Assembly: GCA_029953675.1 (NCBI GenBank)
Contig: JAMWBK010000012.1
Coordinates: 868,001 to 932,000 of the forward strand
Source: Rhodosorus marinus CCMP1338
Lineage: Eukaryota > Plantae > Rhodophyta
Direction of reading: 5' to 3'
DNA: 64,000 nt
A program made the translations under genes and the position numbers. The notes beneath the pieces are model-generated. The model was not told the DNA's origin, ran no database searches, and saw only the letters and a program-made list of their open reading frames with translations. This document shows, one piece after another, positions 12,194 to 23,880 of this stretch. Each line of letters begins with the position of its first letter. Within the stretch, counting starts at the first letter, position 1.

Positions 12194-13098
12194 TGAGCTT
12201 TATTGGGCAGTCGCCTAATGCGACGTAACACTAAGCCGATTGCTATCTAGGGAATCACTCACAACAACCCCGCTACCGGGGTCTCATGCTACGTTCAAAA
12301 GAAAAAACAGGAACCAGTGGGTTCTCCAACTGGTCCGCACGTAGAGCGCCAAGCGCAATCGCCGCGTTGCCCTGCCATAGGATCCTGTTTAACTGGGATC
12401 GTGCATCCCTCAGCTCCTCATCTCGATGCAACAAGTGTTTACAACTGTCCCGCAAAAAGTCTTGCGTCAACCTCCCGCTCCGCCCAAAGGTCTCTATCGC
12501 GATCGGGATGAACTTCTCCTCGGGCTTTTCCACACTCATCGCCTCTTTATAGTGCGCGAGCTTGTAGTTCTCCGCCAGTTTCGCTGCATACCCGTTTTCT
12601 GCACTGCCACGCCTTATGTACTTTTCCTGTAGCGGTGAAATCACCGTCACATCGATCGCGTACTTTTGAAAGGTCTTTGGATGGGTCGCCACTATATCTG
12701 GTCGCAGCTGGTAATTCTCAAAATACCTCTGCGGTTCTTGCTGTATGTCAAGAAAATTCCATCGGTTGAGCCATCTCCCTAGCTCCGTACAGAGCTCGTC
12801 GTGCCGTCTCTGCCATAGTCCCGTCGATGTTGGACAGTGTTGAAATCGTTGCACCCCATTTGGGCCATGTTTCCTACGGCAACTGGTGCACTGCTCCGTT
12901 GTCCGCAACCCCGGAATCGGCAGCCCCAGCAGTTGTCGAACATTTACCTGCAATTCCTGTGAGTCCAGCTTTCTCGGCTCTAGCAACGGTAGTTCCCGCA
13001 GCCATACCCCCGAACCCGAGCCGGCCGCCGATCGGATTCTTGCACGGTGTTCATGCGAAACGCCCTCGTTGCCGACCAAACGTTGGAACGCGCGATGG
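12194..13098 (-). mobile_element. 5'-truncated CRE-like RLE non-LTR retrotransposon (a different family from the 47-64 kb nest)
   Basis: ORF 13079-12273 has CxxC...HC zinc knuckle (CTSC/HC), RRHD, RPD, D(VTV), K and IETFG motifs. AATAAA lies 5 nt before the 3' junction. The element is flanked by the 22-bp direct repeat TAACCCCAGACTAACGTAACCG at 12172-12193 and 13099-13120. Confidence 0.9.
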
Positions 13099-13757
13099 TA
13101 ACCCCAGACTAACGTAACCGAATACCGGAGAGCTCAAAGCGTTTTCTCACACTGTTAAAGCCCTGCCTACATTCTAGTACACACAAGCAAAACCCGAGGC
13201 CAACGACCACGGCTCTGCTCCCGAAAGTGTACCCATTGAGCTGAAACAATCCAAACCCCTCCACGATTCCGCCACCTGTCCCAAACGACACGATTCGCCA
13301 CCGATACAACCAATAAAAACCAAAATACAATTTTCCGCAATCCAATCAACAAAGTGTAAATTAGAATATCATTTCTATCTCCTGATAAAAGAAAATCATT
13401 GGCCTAAACATTCCAAAAGAAGAAAAAAACTTAATAGTATATTATTGGTTATATTCGCTGACGCTTCAGTGTTCTAATTGTATCGATTGGATAAACACAG
13501 AATCTACCAGATATTTATTGAGATTTTCTTTGTAGAGGCGGATTGATAGGCATTGCTGTTTGCCGACCGAAAGTGTGAGAAGTTAAGATGGGTGGTTGGA
13601 GGTGTACAAGTAATGGAGGGGGGAGTGGGGGAAACAGGCAAGGGAAGGAGGGTAAAAAATCCACAAGGGTAGAGAGGAAGGGTTTCCTCTTACATGTTCA
13701 GAGGTGGTAAGTGGTTGGCATTTAGGAGTACGGGTCGGACTTTTCGTGTTCCAAACC

Positions 13758-15048
13758 ATGGTCGCATTTACGGGTGGGATTCGGGCTCTTCCGAAGACGA
13801 GAGCAGGTAGTATTGCGGGGCGTAGACGAGGGGTGGTTAACATGAGGTCGAGGCTTCCAAATAACACTGCGGGTGATCTCTATGTGGACTCTGCGTGTAT
13901 TGATTGCGATGTCTGTAGATGGATGTTGCCAGACGTGTTTGACCGGGATCAGGGACAGAGCGCGGTGATGCGTCAGCCGGTGGGGGATGACATGATGAGG
14001 AAGGCGTTGCAAGCTGCTGTGGCGTGTCCTGTTGGATCTATACGAACTGAAACTCCCAATCATTTGGCAAAAGCCGCCCGTGATGACTTCCCAATCCCAG
14101 TTCATGAGACTCTGGTGGATATCTACTACAACGGATTCAACTCTGAGAAATCGTTCTCCGCGAATTCTTATCTCGTCGTTGACAAGGTAAGAGCACCCAA
14201 ATCAGCACAGTTCAAATCCCTGAACTCACGCAAGAAAACGAAGTCACTGACGCCGCTGGTAAATTCTCTCTTTAGGAGCTTGGAGGTGTCATGATCGACT
14301 CTCCCAGATACAACTCCGCACTTGCGAAGAGCATTGACAAGAAATGCGGGGATCTTGGAGTGAAATACATGATCTTAACTCACAGCGATGACGTCGCCGA
14401 CCACGCGAGGTAAGAATTGAGCAGGAATAAGATCCGCAGCCCGCTTTCTCTGCTCAGCAAGCCCGTTCCGCTGCTTGTTTCCGTTGCAGATGGGCAGAAA
14501 GGTTTGGGTTGACGCGGATCATGCACAAGAACCAGATCCGTTCATTCAACGGAACTAACGACGTGGAAATGGTGTTGGAAAATGAAGGACCCTGGAAAAT
14601 CTCAGAGAACCTGAACATTCTCTTCGTCCCTGGTCATTCCAATGGTAAGAAATTCCCCCAACCCCCCCTCTTCAACGTCGTGAACAACATCACCGAAAAC
14701 CTGCTCAAGCTACCTCTCTACCCTCCAGGATGCATCGCTCTTCACGACATTCAGAACAAAACCATCTTCAGCGGAGACTTTTACGCATTCTCGGCAAGGA
14801 AAGGAACCATTTCAGGCTTCCCAGCTTACAACCACTTCTCCTGGAAAACTCAAGTCGAGAACATGACCAAAGTTACACGTATGGATCTAAAGTTTGGTAC
14901 GTCCTCCCGCACCAGTCAAGGCTCGATTCACGCTGGTTTGGTCTTGCATCTGTCAGCTATGTTCACCGAACAACCCAGCTCTACCCCTAGTCAGGAGAGA
15001 GGTCAGCTCTTACTCCTGACATGTAGAGGTTGGGATTGGAAAATCTGA
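13758..15048 (+). CDS. Plastid-targeted ferredoxin / metallo-beta-lactamase-fold fusion (cyanobacterial type); 3' end uncertain
   Basis: MVAF-type presequence; LYVDSACIDCDVCRWM...CPVGSI (4Fe-4S); LTHSDDVADH, VPGHS, IFSGD. GT-AG introns at 14187-14275, 14410-14489 and about 14645-14728. Confidence 0.8.
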
Positions 15049-15341
15049 ACTATGAGCATTTGGATTGTTATCAGTTCTGCCTGGACATGGCCGTAGGATT
15101 CACTTTGAAACGTCTGAGATGAAAGAGGCGATGTTTCAAGAATTTCTCAATACTGAGGCGAAAGTTGGTCGTTGAGGTGGTTGGCGGCGTCGTCGCCTGC
15201 CTCATTGCCGAAAGAGCAGATGAGCTTTTGGTTCTGACGCAGTTGAGTTTCTTCAGGGTGCTCCTGGCTTGTGTGTGTTTTTTTAATACAGATGAAGAGT
15301 TAAGCAAAAAGCCAATGCTGTTTTAGTTGCGGGGTTGTTGA

Positions 15342-17161
15342 TTAGATACACGCACAGAGCCTCTGTGTGAAGCGGCTTGATGCGGCGCAGTTTAGCGCTG
15401 GGCCTCCGGTGATCAAGCACTGTCCGCGGGTGAGGAGGGTGTCTGCTTCTTTGCTCACGTAAGCTGGTAGATCCTTACCCACCTCAAAGCCTGGAGAAGA
15501 ACGAGTTTTTAGGGTTATTCGTCTTCTGCATCCGCCCCAGGGTGCATTCTTGGGATTCCAATCTCACCGCATCCTCCTTCGCATGGAAAGTATTCCTTCA
15601 GCTTTGCACAGTCATTCGCGAACTCTAGCTCCGCCGAGCTGCACGTCGCCTTGTTTTTCCCACACGCAACGTTGCAGCTCTGGTTCAGATCCCCAGCTAC
15701 AAATGTTACATTCGATGCCGGAGACAGTTTCTCTTCAGGAGAAAGAAACGGGCACTTCCTCACGTCTACCAGCAAGATGTAGGTCTCACCATCCCGAAGG
15801 ATGGTCACACCTGCCAAGCATCCAGAGGTCAGAAACAAAAGCACTGGATTGGTGCCTCGCTGCCGGAGTCGTGTGTACCTTTGTATGATCCTCGAGGCTG
15901 AGGGATAATCCCAAGTCGTTTGGCGACAGTTCCATAGTACTCCTCTCTCTTGTACAACAGCGCCAGCGACTTTGACTGGGACTTGAATGGCGTACTAGCT
16001 CTGGGAAGATGGGCGACATGTCTAACCCTCTTGGCCTCCCTCACGGCCTCCGCGATCTCTCGATGATAGTACTCGTCGATGAGGTATTCCAGGTTTCCGT
16101 AGTCCACCACTGCCGACTGCTGAAGCACGATCTTGGAAAAAATCTTCTCGTATTCACTCCGCGCGACATTCGTCCCTTTCGACCAGAAGTGAAAGATCCG
16201 AGACACTTCAGGAAAGATACAGCTTCGACCTTTCATCTGTTCAGGCAGTCGAATCCAGTGATCCCATCCTGTCGAGAGATACGAGACCTTTCCTTGGTTT
16301 AGGTTCTTTGAAAAGATCGACGAGTGCAGAGAGAGTGGTGGTCTGGTACAGAACGATGATACAGGGATGGGGTGAAGCTTGCGTCTTTCTCTTCCCACAC
16401 CTGTCCTCGTCCTTTACCAGACGATAAAACTCTGCCTATCTCATCCGACTAGTAGACGGGGGTGTAATCGATGACTGACCTGAAGTAGCGACGATCGGCC
16501 ATGACTTGGATAGTTGATGTTGCCATAGGCTTCGCTTCATCATCCATCCGAGACCTGGAAAGATATCAGTTCTGCGGAGGATGGTGCTATTGGTGGCGAA
16601 TCTCGGGATACCGTTGTCGTTCCATGCGGAGATGCAGAAGAGGGTTGGGTCGGCGTCGAGGAGCCACCAGGTGGATTCAAAATAGCCGAGAACGTCGGGT
16701 GCGAAGAGGAAGTCATCTTCGAACAGGATCGCATGGGTGTACATCGTGTCATTTCCAAACGCGCGTTGAAAGACGCTTCGGTAGTGGCGTGTGATGTAGA
16801 ACCTCGAGGTGTGAGGCGCGGGGAGATGGTAGTCTTCATCATCTTTCGATCTGTTGTAGATCCACAGATCCCTCACCCACTCCCGTTTCTCCACAGCGGT
16901 CCGAATACCATCCACATCCCCTCCGCTATCTACGCTCACGTACGAGTGGAACTTTCTAAACCCTAGCACACTCTCCTCGAAGGAAGTCAGCGTCCTCTCC
17001 AACGAATCTACATTGTCGTATGCCAAGAAAACCACAACAGGCATGAACGGGACCACTTTCCTCCCAATCTCAACATCAGGCAGTCCAATCCCAATCCCAC
17101 TTCCTCCAACCATCAAAGTCCAATAGAAATTGACAAGAAAAACGATCCCAATCCTTCCCAT
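15342..17161 (-). CDS. GT13 GnT-I-like N-acetylglucosaminyltransferase with a C-terminal Cys-rich domain
   Basis: N-terminal TM; ILFEDDFLFAPD, CISAWNDNG, RRTDIFPGLGWMM, WDHWIRLPEQMKGRSCIFPEVSR; last exons QSCNVAC...CEGGCG|FEVGKDLPAYV...QRLCACI*. Confidence 0.85.
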
Positions 17162-18622
17162 CGTTTCGATCAAAAGCCTGACCTCGTCGATGCCTCAATC
17201 CCGTTCCCCGACCCACTCAATCATCATGACTGGCCCTTCTACCTGACTGCCACAAAGAGCAGTAGAGGCTTTCTAGACCGATCCAGCTGACACGCTAGCT
17301 GACCACCCCGCCAAGCCCCAGAGTCGATTCCTCAGTCCGTCGCGATCCCGTCCCATCTCATTGCTCACAAGTAGAGAGAGTTTCGATACTAACCGGGGCG
17401 GCTGACACATCAACTGATCACGAACGTGCGAGCACCTAATCCATTTCGCGGAAGAGGTCGACCTAGCCGATTCTCTGATCTCTTGACTCTGGTTGCTCTG
17501 CACGTGGAAGCGGGTTGGTGGTGCTGGTAGAATTATGCGTCTCGCCACAATGAGGTTTGTTACCCTGGTAGCCACATCAACGAACGTATGCCACCAACCT
17601 CCCGTCGCCTGTGTCAGCATCGTTTGTTCAGCTGTTCATTGAGTTGGTCGGTATCAGAGAAACTTTGTTCGGCGGCTTGAGTTTCGTAACTTGCTTTCGT
17701 GATCGAGACAACTCTCGCGCGCGAAAAAAAATCTCGCTTGAGTTTTAGAGAAAGCACGTTCTCTCTGCTTGGCATAGTCTCCTCCCTCGCCCGTGTTGTT
17801 GTCCCGAATTTACCGACGTCGTTGAACATGTTCGGGACAGGAAGTGGTGGCGGTCGCGGGCAGATCAGTTGCATCGGATTGTTATCCACCAGCCCTCAGG
17901 CAGGTGCTGCCAATCCTGAATGAGGATAGCGGTGGCTACCTTTGGGAGGATAGAGCTCGACGGGCTGCTCGCTCTCAATTCAGTGTCCGCTGGTTGAAGG
18001 AATCGCCGAGAAACCAGAGGCGGGAACTGCTACAACGGCGTTCTGGAGGGAAGCCCGTTTGGACCGCGGCAGCTGCTTCGCCTGGACTTGTCGCTTTTGC
18101 ATATGACGGAGAGTTCCCTCCTGTGACTCTCTCTTCTCCCCATGTACGGGGATGACAGGATTCGCATCCGGCGATCCTTAGGACTTGCTCGCCCTGCTCG
18201 GAAAAACGAAAAAAGGTAGGACTCGCAGGCCGGCGGTTCCCGGCCAGCTGGAATATTGTGGACACTCTTGAAAGAGGTAAGTTCCTCATTTGAATCCTGA
18301 CAAGGCCGTCTGAGGATCCAAAAACTGGATTGAAAACGCGAATATCGTTGTGGCCGGACGAGCATGCGCAGGAAAGCGTTTCAGTTCGGAGTAGTGGCGC
18401 TCCGAACGAGCCAGGGCTCTGTTGGGGTGCCTGTTTCAGCCGTTCACCTTCGCTTTGGTTGCCCTTGACCTGTTTCCAATCTTCCAGCCTGTCATGAAAT
18501 CGCTTTACAATGACCGAGGACTCGCCTACGTCTTGGTGACTTGGAGATAAGCTCTGGTGGTGGTCTTCGAATGTTTCTTTCTTGGAGAAGAGGGAAAAAA
18601 AAACTGTGCAAAAAGTGTAAAA

Positions 18623-20962
18623 CTACTGTTTGTTGACGTCCCTTCCAGCTCGGAGGATCTCATCGACCAGCAGCAGTTGAGTGGCAATGACCGAAGATAG
18701 TCCGATGAGCTGCTTCTTAACTGTGTACCCGTCGAAGACCGCGGTAGCCACCGGGTCCATCGGCTCGCCGCTGGCGAGGTCCAAGCCGACCACATTTCCC
18801 TGAAGAAACGTCGTTCCGCAAAAAGGTCTCTGTTAGGTCTGTTCTAGATCAGTCCTGATTAGCCGTGGTATGTAAGCCCAACCTTGATGTGCTCCTCCTG
18901 GAGTTTGATGATCGCATCTTGCTGATCGAATCCACAGTTTTGTGCAAGCGTCTTGGGAATGACCAGCAACGCATCACCGTACGCCAAGACACCGATCTTC
19001 GCCTTACCGGATACAGTTTTTGAGTACTCCTGTAGGTGCTTCCATGCACTGACCTCAAACGCACCAGCGCCGGGCAGAACGCGTCCATCCTCTATGGTAT
19101 TCTTCACCGCTCGAAGACCGTCCCTAATTGCGTCCCTCACCTGAACAATTGTATGTCGATTCGGACCCTAACGACGCCAAAGGCAGAGACAAGACGAGCG
19201 TGCGCCCATTCAGCTACGAAGAAATTTGACTGCGCTGCGACTGGGGCCGCAGAAAGCTGGATGAAAAAGATATTATTACCTTGAGCATGATCGTACAAGA
19301 GTACGGGTTCTCTACCTCCTCTACAAACGTAAACTTGTCGTCGCCAAGGACCTGCTCGTACACGACACCGGCAAACCTGGAAGGTCCAAAAAAGCGCAAG
19401 GGGTTAGTCGGGAAGTCCTGGGGCTAGGTCTAACTGCTCCCGCGAAGAATCAAGTCGTACCCGAGTACGTCTGGGGTAAGATGGTCAACCGAGTTGACGG
19501 CAACGCCACCGCAAGCGAGGGTAAGGCGCTCCATGTTCCTCCTCTTGGCCCTTCTCAACGCGAGAATACCCTCTCGCGCCAAAAGATCCAGCGAGTTCGG
19601 GTCGATACCCTTCTGATTCATCACAACAAAGCCCTTCCCAGAATCGTCGCAAACCTGCTTCTTCAGTGCGATGATCTTGTTCACCTTGTCATCTACCGCC
19701 TGCCTCTCAGCCTCGAGAAGTTTTTCACGCTGTTCGGCGTTGCTGTAGAAGAATCCCTTAAACACAGAAAATCGAACAGGGATTCAATACGTCTGCTCAA
19801 GACGCGTTCATCGCTGAACGAGTGAGGGGTGACGCACCGCTTGGACTTCACTCTTCTCGTATTCCAGCCCAACGTTGCAGGTCAGGATGAACGCATCGGT
19901 AACCTTCTTCGGCATATCTGGATGCCGACCTCCATGGTCTAGTACAAGACCCTTTACAAGCCTGGACTCTTTGCTAGTACGGTGCTCCATGGCCATGATT
20001 TCCACCATATGCAGGTCGAGCGGCTGGCCTTCCCTTTGGATTGTGAGCACAGCATCAGTTACCTTTTTCGAAGAAGCAGGGTTCGGGGTTATGATCAGAC
20101 CATTTCGCTCCTTCGCCGCGGGGGGCGGGAAGTTTGCCCGCGAGAACGTGGGAGAGGTTCCCCAACTGGGCAGTTTTTACAGGACACTACTTACAATCTC
20201 TGAGAGCACGGTCGCAAAATCTGAGACGACCTTGGTGGCCAGCGAGCACCTCGCGATCTCTACCAGAAGCTCACGATCGATTTTCCTGTTATAAAACGTT
20301 CGATGATGTGATCAGAATTGGTGCAAGCGGGGGACTCCTCCAAAACCAGACAGCAAAATGCCTTACCTCTCCAACGCCGTCTCGTCGATCCATCGACTAA
20401 GCTCCTCTCTAGCGAGATCGAATCCATCGGTTACAGACCTCGGATGGAGTCCTTCGACGAGGTACCTCTCCGCTTGCTTCAAAAGCTCTCCAATGATCAG
20501 CACGGTTGAGGTAGTACCATCTCCACACACGTCATCCTGTTTCAAAGCGGAACAGAACCGTTCAGTGTCCACGTCGTTTGCAGGAGACATCGTTTTCTGA
20601 GGAGGGTTCCTTGCCTGCGCCGTGGCTGTCCTAGCGATCATGGACGCGGTCGGATTTTGGATCTGCATCTCGTTTAGCAACACGTTTCCGTCCTTGGTTA
20701 TCTTGATATCCCCCGCTCCAGAAACAAGCATCTTGATCGTGCCCTTCGGTCCCAGATTACTCCGGAGAACATCCTGAAGGCCTAAAATAACAGCAAACAA
20801 CGCCGGGAGGGAGAAATACTCTGATCAGATCGACGAAAAGTCAGAGATCGCAGCTGAAACCAAAAACCCTATGCCCATACCCTTTGCGGCCGAAATCGTC
20901 GTATGTAGAGCGAGCCCACGTCGAGTCACCTCCGCACCTGGATTGATCAACTGCACGGACAT
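18623..20962 (-). CDS. CCT6: T-complex protein 1 subunit zeta (CCT6), multi-exon
   Basis: [12 protein letters not shown]..., [78 protein letters not shown]. Confidence 0.95.
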
Positions 20963-23068
20963 CCTTTCTCCCCGTCAAAATCCCCAAAAATGTACTCCCA
21001 GCACGTTTTCTTACTTCCCAAAACCCTCCTCTAAACGCAACAGCACAGAAGAATCTCTACTCCAAAAACCCCATGATTTCCAAAAACAAAAGAAAAAAAC
21101 CCGCGCGATCTGATCAAAGCAAAACAAACAGCAATCAGAAAGCTACTATACTTCTTTCTTCAACTCCCCTCCCTCCTCCTCCCTCCTCATTCCCCCTCAA
21201 AGTCTCCCACCGGAATTCATTCCCTTCTTCATATGCCCACCAAGATCGAGCGTCCCACACGTCAAGGGTGGACGTTGAACCCCTCACCGTTAAAACCGAA
21301 CAAAACTATCTATAATTGAAATGTAATATCGTAGTCAATGCATATCTACAATGAGCATATCTTTCCTTGCCAGTTGATGTCTAGATATCTCTAAATCTAA
21401 GTATTCTACCTGTTTTGCTTAAAATCTAGTCCAGTCCTTGTCGAAAATTTGTCTGCCCGGGTGTTTAGTCCTTTAGTGGAAGAAAACTTAATATACAGAA
21501 TAGGGGAGCTAGGGAACGATACCATTGTTCCTTTTTTTCAAGACAAGCGAGATCAGAGTTGTGAGAAGACTAATTATGGAATATTTAGAACTTTCTGGCT
21601 TAAGACAAAGGAACATTAGGAGGAAAATCTCTGAAAAATCAGAGATTTTGGTGAAACCTGGATCGCCAAAACCGTTTCTGGGGTTCCTGGACAAAAGATC
21701 CTCCCGTATTTTCGAATATGAATACTAATAGCCTAGGAGTTTCTTAATTTTGGTGTCAAATTTACATTATCTGTCCGGATATTTGAAGGACAGGTGTAGT
21801 GGAACCGCAACCACCTGCAATTTCGCGCACTCAACACAAAACCTACCCCAGGGCAACCCTGGACAGACTCAACAGAGCATAAGATCATTCCCAGACTACC
21901 CCAAACGCTCAGCACAACGCTTCCCTCCCCACGCCCGATATTTTTCTGAGGTATTGATAAGCGACCTCAAGCGCGGGCGGCTTCAGCATGAAGCTTGTCG
22001 GCCATGGATTCTTTTAGTCCAAACTGCGGAATGCCCTGGATCCTGAAACTACAAGAAAGCTCTTGCAACTAAAAGAACAACAACGCGCACGTGGGCCAAG
22101 CACTGTGTATCCGGACCTGGAAGAACTCCTGGAAAGCCTACTTGAACAGCCCGTAATGGGCTAGCTTTGAACTACGTTGTCATCCCTCGAGTAAAGCATC
22201 ACAATCCGTGTTGACGCAGTGTGCCCGGGCTGATACTCCCTTCTGAACCGGTCCTCCAAGAACTCCTCTCTTCACTGGAAACGTCCAGAGTATAGTTGAA
22301 AGACCATAGCGTTCGGAGTAATTCTTGTTTTGAGATCTCGACTCCCGAGCTTGCGCCGAATACAAAAGGATGAATCAGCATTTGAAAGTCCCGCCGCAAT
22401 GCAAAACCGGAAGCACTAAAAATATTCACCAAACAAAGGAAAAATCGTAAACGTGGGATTCTAAATTAAATCGGAAGGTACTAAATATAATTAGTGTTTC
22501 TGTACATATCTCTTGCAGCAACTCACCAAACTGCTGAAGCTGCTGGTTATGTGATTCGAACACCCAGTCCAGGCTCGTAAGGCCCCCGACGTCTAAGGAA
22601 TACGAAGGGCAGCACACTAGCGTTGATTGAGTATTGAGTAATTTGAGAGGCGAAACCCCAAGTTCGCAACGTCCAGAAAAATGCTTTTCTATCCGGCCCT
22701 GAGCAGCATAAACCTCCTGGGTGATTGGGTTTTGGGGAGGCTGAGGAGTGTAGTGGTTGAAAGCTCGACAAAAACAAAACTTAGATTCTTTTTAATTCAT
22801 AAAAACGATTTATCTGCTTCCTTCCCCTTCCCCCATATTCCTTGATCCGGTAGGGAGATTTGAAGAAGGTTTCCCCTCCTGGGGTCGGGCAGGATGGCAA
22901 AGTATTACAACCCGCATACTCGGAAACGGAAAGAATAAACGAGTTTGCGCCGCTGGCATCGTCGTCCGACGATTACGGCCGCGGTTCCAGCTTCGACCCC
23001 CTTCTTGGTGAGTTGCTATGTTCTCTCTAGCCAATTGTACCCTCTCATCCGGCCAGCACGTGTGACGT

Positions 23069-23880
23069 TTAAACGAGCCAGATTGTGAAGATGTCCACAA
23101 CGACGAGAGCCGCCATGATGGTGGAGACAATTCCGACCGGCAGGTAGAAAGACTTGTACTGGTCAACAATTGCATCGTAGCATCCAGTTGCAGAGTTTGT
23201 TGCTGCCGGGTTGCAACTCGGGCAGACCTCCTCCTGGTCCGGGGAGCACTCTTCGTTTCCACTGTAACATCCATCGCAATCTCCCGGCAAGAACCCGGCG
23301 CAGTTAAGATTGTCTTGGATCTCGCAGGTGACCTGGGTGAACTCTGGGTCTGTAACGCTAGCAGTCCACACGTCCCGAGCAGAGTTTTGCAGCGTCTCCC
23401 CGTCGGTGTCTGTTGCGAACAGGAGAGTAACCACAGCGATGAAGAGCAATCCTGCCAGTATGCAGATCATGACAAGAGTGTAGACAATGCCGAAGACGAC
23501 ACCGCAGCAGCCCTTGTTGAAAGCAATGAGGCCGACGATGGACGTAACCATCATCGCTGCGCCAATCACAATTCCAGTGATTGCACTGTTGAGCACCAGC
23601 CATATGAAGTTATCGCTGCTAGAGAAATCCAAATCCGGAACCAAGCCTTGGCCTTGCACCTGCAAGTAGATACTGTATCCCAACAAAGCAGCACCCAAGC
23701 ACTGCAACAAGCAAGAAAGGGCCAGTCAGACACCGAGCTACTCAACAGAACAAAAAAACCCGCTGCGATACAGCTACTTACGAACATAAGAACGCAAACT
23801 GTGCCATGGAAAAACCGAAAGCAAGGCTTGACCTTGGAGCTCTTCTCCTTCTCAACACTCTCGGCCGCGGACGAACCCAT
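23069..23880 (-). CDS. Tetraspanin-like 4-TM protein (intron 23702-23781)
   Basis: Four hydrophobic helices, a short loop between TM2 and TM3, and a large Cys-rich loop before TM4 (LNCAGF...GCYDAI). Confidence 0.7.

Noticed and set aside
17273-18500. Overlapping ORFs between the GT13 gene and CCT6
   Set aside because: No recognisable domain or consistent exon chain.
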